DNA of 64,000 nt from Octopus vulgaris. Its lineage: Eukaryota. The notes under the pieces are model-generated. The model ran no database searches and was not told the DNA's origin. It worked only from the letters and a program-made list of their open reading frames with translations. A program made the position numbers and the translations under genes. Shown piece by piece: positions 41,997 to 55,707 of the stretch. Position 1 is the stretch's first letter; the number at the start of each line of letters is the position of its first letter. The DNA lies in NCBI GenBank assembly GCA_951406725.2, contig OX597823.1, positions 9,238,001 through 9,302,000 on the forward strand, in the 5' to 3' direction.

Positions 41997-42312
41997 TACA
42001 TACAAAATTAAGAGGACTGACCCACTAAAGTGGACACCTAATATGCTAAACATAGAAGTCAAATCGCCATTACCACGAAGAATGTGATCTCATGAAAAAT
42101 CTCAGCAAAAAGCCAAAATGTAAAAATGAGCAAGACAAATGAAAACATACGAAATATTTTCATTTTCCATTTGTCTTCCTCAGTTTTTCATTTTGGCTTT
42201 CTGCTGAGATTTTTTCTTGAGAACACATTCTTCGATGTAATGGCGATTTGACGTCTATGTTTAGTATATTAGGTGTCCACTTTTAGTGGTCATTCCTCTT
42301 AATTTTGTGTGT
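41997..42312. repeat. Imperfect long inverted repeat (~145-bp arms, short spacer)
   Basis: acaaaattaagagga..gtggacacctaatat..gtcaaatcgccattac..atctcagca..aagacaaatg mirrored by catttgtctt..tgctgagat..gtaatggcgatttgac..atattaggtgtccac..tcctcttaattttgt. Confidence 0.9.
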
Positions 42313-42427
42313 ATATATATATATATAAAGTTAATCCAAACAAGAAAACACAAAAAAACACAGCAACGTGAGGACGTGGAACAAATAAAGTATTATTGGA
42401 CGCTCAGGAAAGAAGGGAAGAAGGAGG

Positions 42428-42462
42428 GTTTAACGTTTCGAGCAGAGCTCTTCTTCGGAAAC
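42428..42462 (-). ncRNA. Minimal hammerhead motif, core CCGAAGA, repeat family F2
   Basis: gttt-CCGAAGA-a-gagc-tct-gctc-GAAAC-GTT-aaac in a TA-flanked repeat at 42329-42530. Confidence 0.7.
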
Positions 42463-42580
42463 AGGAGAAGGAATGATCCCGAGAAGGGAAGACAGAGGAA
42501 AAAAATCGCTGGCGGAACTCACGAGGTCACATATATATATATATGTATAGAAAGGTATGTAGAAAGATAGATAGATAGAG

Positions 42581-42669
<89 letters not shown>

Positions 42670-42999
42670 TAAATGATTGACTCCTAAATTCATAAAGCCT
42701 AAAAACCAAGCAGAAACAAGTTGAGATAAATAATACAGGGCGGTGTTGTGTCGTATTACCTTCTCTTTCAATATTTCAATTTCAGGAAAACTTAGCATTC
42801 TGAGCTGACTTCTGTTTTCTGTAATTAGTTAACAGCATATCTCCAAATATTTCCTCAAGAAGAGGTCATATTCCTGATATATTGTAATACGAGGTGAAAA
42901 TGCGAACTATGGACATGTATCATTTCTCTTAAACTTAACTTTTATTGTTTTCGCTTTGTAAAGCAAATAGTAGTACTAAAAAGATACAAACACACATAT

Positions 43000-43207
43000 A
43001 CTCTTTTACTCTTTTACTTGTTTCAGTCATTTGACTTCGGCCATGCTGGAGCACCGCCTTTAGTCGAGCAAATCGACCCCGGGACTTATTCTTTGTAAGC
43101 CCAGTACTTATTCTATCGGTCTCTTTTGCCGAACCGCTAAGTGACGGGGACATAAACACACCAGCATCGGTTGTCAAGCAATGCTAGGGAGACGAACCAC
43201 ACACACA

Positions 43208-43278
<71 letters not shown>

Positions 43279-43341
43279 GAAGATGCCACGCAGTGGGACT
43301 GAACCCGGAACCATGTGGTTGGTTAGCAAGCTACTTGCCAC

Positions 43342-43345
<4 letters not shown>
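43000..43345 (-). mobile_element. SINE family C with internal deletion
   Basis: 3' half and 5' head present, middle replaced by CA/TA tract. Confidence 0.85.
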
Positions 43346-43391
<46 letters not shown>

Positions 43392-45555
43392 GCACCTCGG
43401 GAAAAAATGGTTAGTGTCATTTCATCAGTCTACCGGTTCCGATTTCAAATTCGTCGAGGATGACTTTGTCTTCCTCCCTTTCCTTTAGGTATCGAGAAAA
43501 TAGTTACCAGCTGAAGAAAGGTTCGTTGTAATCCGCTTAATCCCTTGCGCGAGCTCGCTGGCATTGTGGCAAAATTCGAGATCAATCTATATACATACAC
43601 TTATACGACATATCTTATATGGATGCGATATATGTGTGTTTGTGCTTCAGCTTCAAAGCTGCAGTCATAGTGAGGCACCGCCGTTTAAAAAGGGCTTTTC
43701 AGTTCTTTTCCATAATTTAGATGTTTTAAACGGACAATTAGTTAGCTCAGCTTTTTAGCACTGTTTCATGTGTAAACTTCCTCTCCATTTACAAAATCTC
43801 CGTAAAAGTATGTTATAGAAGTAGCATTGAATTTCTATTTTTCTTTTTTCTTTTGGTGGGGGGGGGGATAAAAAATCGTTAATCCTTTACTGGCCGAATA
43901 TTGCATGACATTTATTCTTTGATATTTTCCTTTTAGTTTCCCTTAGACCTTGTTTCTTTTCGCCATGAGTCATCTGTCAGGTTAAAATGATGTTTATGTG
44001 TAATTGAATAGTTCTAGCAGCTTTTAGAAGTATCGTATATACCATAAGATATAATGAATCAATAAATTGGGGTTATATATTTTCACGGAATTTTGCCGGA
44101 CGAAGAAGGCCAAAATGGGAATAGGATAGCGTTAACCAGGAGGGTAAAATTTGAAGAATATTTTAATGACACTCTTTCTGTTTAAATCACAAAAAAGACT
44201 AACATTCATACAATTTTACACAGACATAGTCACAAAGTTATACTCACACACTCACACACGTTCACTACACACACTTACACACTCAAATACAGGCAGATAG
44301 GCAGACACATACACTCACTTCTCAAGCATGCATACATGCATACAGCGAATGTATTTATATGCATAAACACAGCTCTATAACTGATGATACGATATCATTA
44401 ATCAGCTGAGCAAAATTCGAGGAACATTTTAATGAGATTACCGCTCGTGCTATTATATCACTATATAAGAAGTCGTGCATTCATACAAAATTTCACATAA
44501 TACACACATGCACACACAAACACACACACAAACATGCCATATGTTTGTATAAATTCATACATATAATTTTATTAGATTATGGACGAAAAATAGCTGGTGT
44601 AAACAATACTGAATTACATGTGTGATTAATTATTTTAGTTTGAGAATTTCAAAGTGACATTCTTTTTTCTACTTCTGCTTTGCTGTATGTTACTTCGACT
44701 GTCATTGCCAACATATAACGATATTCTGCAATCGTAAAAAATACGCACAAATAATTTTCATGTCTTTACAATATAACTTCCGTGAGAAGTTGATAAAAGA
44801 CATACTTTTCCAATCAACATTCGTATAGTTTTCACATAAATTAATATCCTGTACTTAATGATATTCATACAATCAGCTCCGTTAAAATGTCACTGGGAAA
44901 GTATAAATATAAGAACAAACATTAAAAAAGAGAGTCTGTAACAGACGATCATGTTTTCTCACATTAGCCTCATTTTTGAGCTACATTTTGTCAAAGATTT
45001 GTCTTAGAACAGTAATTTAAGTCGCAAAGATTTAAAGATAAATTTACACTCACGGTGTTGCCAGTTAACGGCAAAGATAATTATATTAAGAAGTTAAATA
45101 TATTTAAGTGACAACCTCAATGCGGTAGAGATTTTTCTTGCTTGAAAGAAAACAGATTAACGCTTCCAGGAAGAAGAGTTTCTGCAACGCTTGTGCTGAA
45201 TGAATATTTGCTGTAAATTAATCGGAGAACTGGGTTTAACTCGCAGTTTGACATGTTTGAATTAAATTACACTGACTTTGGAAAATGACCTTGCGGGGGG
45301 GGGGGAGGAAATAAACAAACATATCATAGTTTATGATTTACATCCTTTCACAATTAATGAGAATGTTGGCAGATGAAATCCCTATCAAAATTACTATCAT
45401 ATTCATTGAAACCTTTCACCTCCACTATCAACACAGTAACTTAAAGCAAGCGTTTAATCTACAATAGTAAACTTGTGAGTTTTTTTATGATATTACCGCT
45501 GTCATTTTTGCAAATTATTATCATTATTATTATTATTGTTGTTGTTGTTGTTTTT

Positions 45556-45648
<93 letters not shown>

Positions 45649-45651
45649 TAT

Positions 45652-47665
45652 GGGTTTTTCTTCTTCTTTCAAATTTGCTTCCATTTCTTGCCGAGTTTCT
45701 TCCCGACTCCTAGGGCAAAGAAACTCATAGTATACATTGGTAGGCCATTAAACTAAACTCACTAGTTCGTTCATTTTTTTTTTTTTTATAGAAATAAAGT
45801 TAAATTAAAATACATGGGTAGTAATAGCTCTCACATCGACAATGCTCTTCTCAATACGTGTAATGTACCAGTTAAGACAATCTTTTGCACTTCTTGCAGG
45901 GATGGTAAGCCAGGGATCATTCTCATATAATTTTCGCTTCCCTTCTTGATCATTCCTAGTGCTCCTACGATCGCTGGTATTGTAACCGCCTTGAGATGCC
46001 ACATTTTCTCAATTTCAATGAGCAGGTCTTTATAATTTCTGAGCTTGTCAAATTCTTTCGCCGAGATATTATGATCACAGGGGATGCTCATGTCGATCAA
46101 TAAGCAGACTTTATTGTTTTGGTCTTTCACAACAATATCCGGTTTATTGGCTTTGATGGTTCGGTCTGTATGTACTGGAAAGTCCCACAGAATCGTTACA
46201 TTTTCTCCTTCAGTTACAGCTTCAGGGTGGTGATTATACCACTTGTCGGCAGTTTTGATATTGTAATGCCGACTTATTAACCAGTGTAGGTATTGGCCAA
46301 CTCTGTCATGTCTTAATTTATACTCAACTGGTGCTAAGACTTTACATCCAGAGATTAGGTGGTCCACTGTTTCAATCATGTCGTTGCAGAATCGGCATTT
46401 TGGGTCTGCTCCATTTTTCATGACATTGGCCTGGTAGTTCCGGGTTAATAGGCTTTGATCTTGAGCAGCCAGGATGAAACCTTTGCTCTCTGCTTTTAGC
46501 CCTGAGCTCCGTAGCCACTGATGGGTTTGCTTCTGGTCAACATCAGCTTGTTTGCTACGGGCCACATATTTGCCGTGCAGAGGTTTCTCCTCCCACCTAT
46601 CAGCCAATTGCTCGTGCGCTTTTTCGTTGCGATTATTTTCACCTTCTTTGCAACAATAGTTGCCGTACTTCCCTCGGATTGTTCAGTTTGGGTATCCTGC
46701 ACCAGATCAATAGCAAATATTTTGCTTTTCTTTATGATAGAATGAAGCTTCTTTCATCTCTCGTGATTTTCCACGAGCTTTAGCATCCAGTCATTCGTTA
46801 TTTCAAGATATATGGCCAGTCCAATTGTGGTTGTTTTGTAAGCTAGTTCAAATTGGATCAGGCCTCGACCTCCTTGGGCTCTGGGAAGGTAAAAGCGATC
46901 TACGTCTGCCTTTGGGTGGTGCATCCTATTACAACTCAGCAGCTTGCGTATTTTCCTATCTATATTCTTTACTTCACTCATATTCCAGTTCAACACATTG
47001 TAGCTATAAGTAACAACTGGAACTGCTAAGGAATTTATAGCTAACACCTTGTTACTTGCATTTAGTTCAGATTTCAGGACTGCTCGAACTCTCCTATAAC
47101 ATTCCTTCCTAACCTTCTCTTTCATGCTTGCATGCTGAATACCAGAGCCTTCATTTAACCCTAAATATTTGTAGGTTTGTTCTTGCTCAAGCTCTCTTAT
47201 GATTGTGTCAACCTCTAACACAACTGAATTTGTGGTCTTCCCTTTACCATTCTGGAAAGTGGCCTTGGCACACTTCTCAAGCCCAAACTCCATCCCGATG
47301 TCATCGCTGAATGCTTTCACAGTGTGTAATAGGCCTTCAAGTTCATTATCGTCTTTACCATAGAGTTTTAAGTCATCTATATAAAATAGATGGCTTATTA
47401 TTTTTTTGACAATTTTATACCCATACCCTGTTCTGTTTAATTCACTTGTAAGGGGTATTAGGGCTATGCAGAATATTTGAGATGAAAGTGAGTCAACTTG
47501 AAAAATGCCACAGTTGATGTTTATATTCTCTGAGGCAAGTACTCCATTAGAGTGGTATAATTGGAGATTCGTATTTCACAACGACATATTATGCTTCAGG
47601 AAGCTTGAAATCACAGGGGAAATTTTGAAGATGTCCACCGATTTCAAGATCCATGAATACGGTAT
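45652..47665 (-). mobile_element. 5'-truncated R4/Dong-like non-LTR retrotransposon (RT, CCHC, RLE), ORF disrupted
   Basis: GIFQVDSLS and SHLFYIDDLKLY RT motifs; CRFC..ETVDHLISGC, RHD and NKPDIV..LLIDMSIP (PD-(D/E)xK endonuclease); 3' end abuts (TAA)n. Confidence 0.92.
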
Positions 47666-47685
47666 ACTGTCGGAGGCGGCGGCGG

Positions 47686-47735
<50 letters not shown>

Positions 47736-47784
47736 CCACCACCACCACCACCACCACCACCACCAACACCATCACCACAACCAC

Positions 47785-47823
<39 letters not shown>

Positions 47824-47827
47824 TATC

Positions 47828-47975
47828 ATTTTTGAATGCAGAGTTCAAAATGTTGGCCAAAGTGTTAGCCACGAGTTTCGCGCCTGTCGTCGGAGATCTG
47901 GTAGGGAGGCAATGACATGTGCCATCCCGAAAAGATCCAACCATGACATTCCGCACCTCTTGCGATGCATCATTA
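47828..47975 (+). pseudogene. L1/Tx1-like RT fragment
   Basis: LNAEFKMLAKVLATSFAPVVGDLVG then TCAIPKRS; matches LLNxDxKILAKxLAxRL..Q..F.PGR. Confidence 0.65.
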
Positions 47976-49179
47976 AGAAAACGGCCAAAGAATCTAAACA
48001 AATTTAAACGGAGCTGCAGTCCTGGGTAAAACAGAGACCGAGGGGAAGTATTTGGAAAGTGAAATGTCTTCAAGCGCTCACAGCGCTCAGACAATCGGAC
48101 AGTGCGATAGGTGGAACGTCCACTTTAACATTTTATGGAGGATTAGCAGAGGCACCCGGCGTTGCCCAGGAATGAAATTGCTTCTTATAATATTGCTTTG
48201 TCTTGCATCTTTGAATGATTTTCTTTTTCCTTTTTTTCACTCTTGTCTCCTGCGGATTGCATTTATTTTGTTGGCGTAATTGTCCTAACTGTTTCCCGCT
48301 GCCTTTTCTGACTCATTGGCGCTGCGTGCAGCAGCTCTTCTTCGGTCGTTTTCATGTCTTTACTGTCGTTGTGCAGGGGTCTCTAGTGACCATACTTTGG
48401 CTACCTGTACTCTTATCTTTGCTTCATTGTAGAATACTGATCATCTACGTCTACCCCATCTCCTCTTGTAGAGAGTGACAACATTTTTCTCGGAAACTTT
48501 CTCGAAAATTAAAATGGGGATTAAATGAAACAAATGAGTGACAGTCACGTGAATATCTTCGCGAGAGTGATTGAAATAAATGGCGATTTTGAAACGCCAC
48601 ACGCACACACACATATATGCACACAAAGAACCATATGCATACAGTATCAAACATCAGCGTCTCTTTCTCACCCACTTCCCGCCATTTGTTCCGGCTTTCT
48701 TTCACCTTCACGTATAGAACAGACATAGCATATCTAACATCAGCGTCACTCTCTTTCCCGCTATCCCTCTCTTTTTCTACTTCACTTGTAGCAGTTTGCT
48801 TCTCTCTCTCTCTAATTCTCTCTTCTCTCTATCATTTTCTCATTCTGTGTTTCTCTCGCTCACACATTCTCTGTCTCCCTCTCTAATAGTTCTTGTCTTT
48901 TAGTCTATATCTTTTCTCTCCCCCTCTCTCACTTTATAAGTCACACACACACACTATTTTTATTTCTCCCTCTGTCAAACAACGTTGTGACGAATGAGGA
49001 GATGGAGGAGGAGACGTAAAGAGCCACTTCCCCACTTTGCTTCTCCCTTTATTTCTCTCTCCTCTCACACCCTCATTGGCATTATGCAAAGACATTCAAA
49101 TTCACAGACATCTGCTAATATATATATATATATATATATGTGTGTGTATGTGTGTCTGTGTGTATGTGTGTGTGTGTGG

Positions 49180-49470
49180 GGGGCGAAATATCCCAGTCGT
49201 TAGGGCAGCGGACTCGCGGATGTAGGATCGCGGTTTCGATTCCCAGACCGGGCGTTGTGAGTGTTTATTGAGCGAAAACATATAAAGCTCCACAAGGCTC
49301 CGGCATGTAGTGGTGGCGATCCCTGCTGTACTTTTTCGCCACAATTTTCTGTCTTTTTTCTGTTGGCCTGCTCGCTTAGCCAGCGGGGTGGCGTCATTCC
49401 AAGGCTAAAACAATTCAAAGCGCATCGTGAACAGCGATGTGTAGCAACATCTCATAGTCACGGTTATCAT
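49180..49470 (+). mobile_element. SINE with family A head and a different 3' tail
   Basis: 49180-49335 matches 485-640; downstream sequence unrelated to the family A tail. Confidence 0.8.
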
Positions 49471-49479
49471 GGTGATATA

Positions 49480-49644
<165 letters not shown>

Positions 49645-49649
49645 TAGTG

Positions 49650-50260
49650 GGGGAAAAGTGCAACGACGTTCTTGGTGAAATCTTGGGCGTCGGACAAGAT
49701 CAGCTAGTCACTCTTTTTCCGGCGAAAACTTTCAGGCAGGGACCGATGGATGATTTCCAAAAATCTCTGACCTGACAACGCTACCGCGAAGCTTTGCCTG
49801 TTCGTGATAAACTTTAATGGCCCGGAAGTGCCCTCAGCAGAGCATCTCTGAGATACACGCAAGACTACGAGACGGTTCTGCATGCACTCGTCCAGTACTC
49901 AAGCTTTGCTAACCTGTAGGTTTATGTTGAACACCTGCTGTAGCGTGTGAGACGGATCTGGCTGCCAAATGAATTTATCGTGAAGATCGCCCTACCACCT
50001 TTCATTGATCGGGAAAGAAATGCTCCTTTTGTAAGCCTAGGGGCCATGGCGAAAGAGGCAGTATGATGGACGAGATCGAAGGGGCTGAAAAACAAACACT
50101 TTTCTCATTGGTCAATCCCTGATGAACTTCAAATTTCTCTTGAAAAGTAAAATAAGGGTAAAGAGGGAAGTGTTGTCTTCTAGCCAGTTTTCTGAAAGGT
50201 GGATGACAATGGCGAGAATGGGGCGAGTGAATGGGCCTCTCCTCAGCATATGCCTGTGGT
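49650..50260 (+). pseudogene. L1/Tx1-like ORF2 C-terminal relic
   Basis: QDYETVLHALVQ (ETxxH zinc-knuckle part) and FKFLLKSKIRVKREVLSSSQFSERW. Confidence 0.55.
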
Positions 50261-50425
50261 TGGAAAAAAAAAAAGAAAGGAGAAAAGGCACCTGTCACAA
50301 AGTGCACCAGGAATCGTGAAAGATAAAGACTATCTTGGTGGAATTTGAACGCAGAACGTAAAAACGGACGAAGTATCGCCTAACATCTTGCCCAGTGTAC
50401 CGAGGCTTCTGACAGCACACAGCCC

Positions 50426-50570
<145 letters not shown>

Positions 50571-50595
50571 TTAATAATAATAATAACAATAATAA

Positions 50596-51136
50596 TGTCC
50601 TGATGCAGTACCAAGCAGTGGCTCTCATGGTTTCTCATCTTAACTGATTGGAGGTGATTTTATGTACATTGTTTTGTCTTGGTATAAAAGATGGGCTACA
50701 GCAAGTATTCTACTCAGTAGCACAGATTTGCTTGTCAGTTGTCTCACCTTAGCCATTTGAGCATGTCCCTTATTGGCTGACGATATCTGCATCTCTGATC
50801 TCGGGCAGAAGTACTGGGAAAGCATCACAACTATGTGTTAAGAGGAATTCTTATGGCTTTGGATTATTCACCTTTGGAAACAGGTATTTCGTTCAACATC
50901 CTTAAACACCTCTTATTCAGGGACCTCTTGAGCAGGATGGGCTTCTCAGCCTCAAGAATATTCTAACGGGGCCCCACCTGAAAGATCATGCGCTGTTTAT
51001 CTTGATATGAGATCACTATGTCACGCACATATGGTTGTGATGCATGTGCCAGGTGTACCATTATCAGACGGGTGGTCATGCTGGGTTTACTGGGCTTCAT
51101 ATATTTTACCCCATGGCATGAACTACTCTCTCACTC
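50596..51136. mobile_element. Non-coding ~540-bp element embedded in (TAA)n
   Basis: Sharp boundaries with TAA tracts on both sides; no long ORF; single copy in this window. Confidence 0.55.
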
Positions 51137-51191
<55 letters not shown>

Positions 51192-51248
51192 TTAATATTA
51201 GTAGTAATAATGATGATATTGACAATAATAATGATGATGATGATGATG

Positions 51249-51303
<55 letters not shown>

Positions 51304-52007
51304 GGACCACCTAATCTCTGGATGTAAAGTCTTAGCACCAGTGGAGTATAAATTAAGACATGACAGAGTTGGCCAATATCTCCACTGGCTAATAAGTCGG
51401 CATTACAATATCAAAACTGCCGACAAGTGGTATAATCACCACCCTGAGGCTGTAACTGAAGGAGAAAATGTAACCATTCTGTGGGACTTTCCAGTACATA
51501 CAGACCGAACCATCAAGGCCAATAAACCGGATATTGTTGTGAAAGACCAAAACAATAAAGTTTGCTTATTGATCGACATGAGCATCCCCTGTGATCATAA
51601 TATCCCAGCGAAAGAGTTTGACAAGCTCAGAAAATATAAAGACCTACTCATTGAAATTGAGAAAATGTGGCATCTCAAGGCGGTTACAATACCAGTGATC
51701 GTAGGAGCACTAGGAATGATCAAGAAGGGAAGCGAAAATTATATGAGAATGATCCCTGGCTTACCATCCCTGCAAGAAGTGCAAAATATTGTCTTAACTG
51801 GTACATCACACGTATTGAGAAGAGTATTGTCGATGTGAGAACTGTTGCTGCTCATGAATTTTAATTTAACTTTAAAAAAAAAAAAAAAATGAACGAACTA
51901 CTGAGTTTGGTTTAATGGCCTACCAATGTATACTATGAGTTTCTTTGCCCTAGGAGTCGGGAAGACACTCGGCAAGAAATGGGAGCAAATTTGAAAGAAG
52001 AAAAAAA
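51304..52007 (+). mobile_element. 5'-truncated R4/Dong-like copy (RLE domain and 3'UTR) in (TAA)n
   Basis: ORF 51341-51838 nearly identical to the C-terminal part of ORF 45831-46607; TAA tracts on both sides. Confidence 0.92.
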
Positions 52008-52943
52008 TAGTAATAATAATAATAATAATATTGACCTCGGTGAGATTTCTACTCAGTTTGTAAAGAGCCGAAAGAAACATAGCAAGGCTATTTTCCGATT
52101 TTGTAACAAGCTTTCTTTGGTAACTTAGGCACAATGCTAGCAATCTGAGATTGTGATTAATCGATACCATAGAATTTGGTAATTTCTTTTACCGACCTTG
52201 GAAGAATGGAAAGCATATTTAATTACGAGGAGGTTTGAACTGAGAACGCAAAGCGTCGAAAAAATACTACGAGTAGTTCTGTCCGACGCCCTAACAATTC
52301 TGCATTTGCTCGATTATGCAGAGAAATCATGGAATAAAGAATTTGGGCAACAGGAAAAAGAATTCTAATATATACACATATAAAGTATATACAAAATGTT
52401 CTTGGACAAAGTGAAATATAAATAAACAACAATGATAAAAATCCCAGAGAACGAAAAGAAAGAAAAGCTTAGATTGAAGAAAGAAAAAACTAGAGAAAAA
52501 AAAACTTTAACAACGCAACACTTTCACTACAACTACTACCATCAAACCAACAAAGGCTCACTACCATCAAATATATAGATAACTAAATGATGAAACCATA
52601 AAAAGAAATGGAAGGGGCGATATTGGTGCAATAATAAAAGATGCGTCGTTGATGAGATTAAGTGAAAACCACGGTATCGTAACTTGATTAACAATCTAAA
52701 GGAGAGAGAACTAACGTGAACGTAATGTATAGGAAAAAAAATTAAGTCAGAATGTTGCGATGGTAAACTGTGATAGTGTGAACAACTTTCTTTGGTCCTT
52801 CTCGCTCTATATACACATGCACAAATATGAGCACACACTAACAACACTCACATATATACACACTCGCATGCACACAAGCATACATAGTGCGCGCCGATGA
52901 AATCACACATACATACACATATACGTACATATATACACACATA

Positions 52944-53338
52944 TCTTTATATATAAAAGTGAGGTTGTGTGCTGTCTGTCTCCTACGATTTAGATTCCTA
53001 ACTACTCCCACATTTTGCGGTGCACTTTAACCAAAACCGGGTATCTTATAGTCATGATTCATATCGAGCCCTTCTGGGTATTAGCGCGCGTCTAAGATGA
53101 ATCTACCATTTAAAAAAAATTTACAATCAATTTTTCCCATTTTTAATGCATTTTTGGCATATATAAGGGAAGTAACTCTCTAAAAATTTATTATTAAATC
53201 TCAGAACGTAAAAAGCTACAGTAACACCTCCCCTTTGTGGTTAGCCATATTGAGATGGCTCTTATACTTTACATCTCTAAAAATGCCTATATAGTTATTT
53301 CCCTTACAAACCCGAACAACGCCGGGCGGTACTGCTAG
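52944..53338 (+). mobile_element. Non-autonomous Helitron
   Basis: A|TC...CCCGAACAACGCCGGG..CTAG|T; same family as 4175 and 25898. Confidence 0.87.
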
Positions 53339-53674
53339 TCAATTATATGACATAATGTAATACTTGTGCCATTTTAGGCGTGTAAAACTTCAGTTCTTTA
53401 CTCGGTAGAATTCATTCGCGAAAAAGATTACTGATTGATTTAAATATCTTTAAATACGCTTTTAAATAAATTTCTTTGGAGGCCGCTACTGTTCAAACGT
53501 TCACGAAAATTATGTATACTAATTGTGGTACCAGTCGGAGTTTCCAGAAAGATACTTTGCAGTTGATTTAAAGCCGGAACCACGGCAGTTATACGAGATC
53601 ACGATTTATACTCAGAACGTACTTTAGGTCTATAATCCATTTTATAATTGAGTGTCTTTAGATATTTCTCCATC

Positions 53675-54290
53675 TAAGTGGCTATGTGGTAAGTAGCTTG
53701 CTTACGAACCACATGGTTCCGGGTTCAGTCCCACTGTGTGGCACCTTGGGCAAGTGTCTTCTACTATAGCCTCGGGTCGACCAAAGCCCTGTGAGTGGAT
53801 TTAGTAGACGGAAACTGAAAGAAGCCCGTCGTATATATGTATACCAGTGTCTTTAGATATTTCTCCATCAAAGTGGCTGTGTGGTAAGTAGCTTGCTTAC
53901 GAACCACATGGGTCCGGATTCAGTCCCACTGCGTGGCACCTTGGGCAAGTGTCTTCTACTATAGCCTCGGGTCGACCAAAGCGCTGTGAGGGGATTTAGT
54001 AGACGAAACTGAAAGAAGCCCGTCGTATATATGTATGTGTATATATATATAAATATATATGTAAGTGTGTTTGTGTGTCTGTGTTTGTCCCCCCCAACAT
54101 CACTTGACAACCATGCTGGTGTGTTTACGTCCCCATAACTTAGCGGTTCGGCAAAAGAGACCGATAGAATGAATAGTAGGCTTACAAAGAATAAGTCCTG
54201 GGGTCGATTTGCTCGACTAAAGGCAGTGCTCCAGCATGGTCGCAGTCAAATGATTGAAACAAGTAAAAGGGAGAAAAGAGATAGAGAGAA
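53675..54290 (+). mobile_element. SINE family C: 5' half followed by a full copy
   Basis: Two heads 195 bp apart, each preceded by the same 24-nt flank. Confidence 0.88.
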
Positions 54291-54559
54291 TCACTTATGA
54301 AATAGAAATAATAATTACATTGAGTAAAGATATAGTAAAAGAATACGCACGTTGACATTGTTTGCCTTTAGTGTCGTGTTTGGATGGTATCGGTATGTCT
54401 TCATTGGTAAAGGGACGTAGCTGAGTAATAAAAATAATTTTTACGCTTATAAAGGCCTAAACAACCCCGCTCCGTTATTTCCCTATATAAAAAGCTACCA
54501 TGTAGCCATCTCACAAATGCGTTCAAAATATATCAAGATATATCAAACATATAAATATA

Positions 54560-54940
54560 GGCGTAGGAGTGGCTGTGTGGTAAGTAGTTTGCTTACCAAT
54601 CACATGGTTTCGGGTTCAGTCCCACTGCGTGGCACCTTGGGCAAGTGTCTTCTACTTATAGCCTCGGGCCGACCAAAGCCTTGTGAGTGGATTTAGTAGA
54701 CGGAAACTGAAAGAAGCCCGTCGTATATATGTATATATATGTTTGTGTATCTGTATTTGTCTTCCAAACATCGCTTGATAACCGATGCTGGCCTGTTTAC
54801 TAACCCTATCCCTAACCCTGACCCGTAACTTAGCAGTTCGGGAAAAAAGCGCGATAGAATAAGTACTTACAAATAATAAGTACTGGGGTGGATTTGCTCG
54901 ACTAAAGGCTGCAGTCAAATGACTGAAACAAGTACAAGAA
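54560..54940 (+). mobile_element. SINE family C
   Basis: Family C head and tail blocks. Confidence 0.88.
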
Positions 54941-55336
54941 TATAGATGACAAAATTGCAATTAGTAAAACGTAAAGAGAGTTTGCGATCCTCAAGTTTAG
55001 GACATTACTGTCACTTTCGTCAACCAAAATATATCATTTGTTTGGAACCCAGTAATAGCCCCCCACCTCCCACTTTTTCTGGAGTTGTGCTCTGACTACC
55101 TTGTTTGGCATAGGGTTGAAATATGTTGCTTTATTATTCATTTTATTGCTTTAGAGTTCACTTAGCGTTCATGTACAGCTACAAAATCCTCACAAAAAAA
55201 TCCCGTTACTCAAGGATAGCTTTAATAAAAAGGCTTTAATAAAAAAAAGCATATTACTCTATCTTCGGTATTCGAGTAATATGCTCTCCACCATGTTTTA
55301 CATTTCTGTGCTTATATATATATATATATATATATA

Positions 55337-55707
55337 CTAGCAGTATCGCCCGGCGTTGCTCGGGTTTGTAAGGGAAATAACTATAAAGCATTTTTAGTGA
55401 GTTATAGGCAAAAAATGGAAAAAAAATGATGGTAAATTTTTTTTAGTTAAAAAGGTCGAGTTGCGTCCCCTAGACAGTCTGTGGTTTGTGTTTCTGATTC
55501 TCGACCCCATGTCGAATTTATCGATTATTTTTCAGAACTGGGGGAACTTTTCAAAATTTTCGCTGCGTTAGTTTTGAATTATGACATTGGGCTATGTGTG
55601 TGTCAAGTTTCATCAGAATCGGTTGAAAGCCGTGGTCAGGGTGAGGTTACAACCTAACAGACACACAGAAACACACACAGACAAACTGCCGTTTATATAT
55701 AGAGAGA
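55337..55707 (-). mobile_element. Helitron with the shared 3' end but a different body
   Basis: First ~60 nt (ctagcagtatcgcccggcgttgctcgggtttgtaagggaaataacta) match 4175; remainder differs; minus 5' A|TCTCTCTATATATAAA. Confidence 0.75.

Noticed and set aside
50118-50160. CTGATGA...GAAA motif
   Set aside because: Inside the Tx1-like coding relic; helices and GUH geometry do not fit
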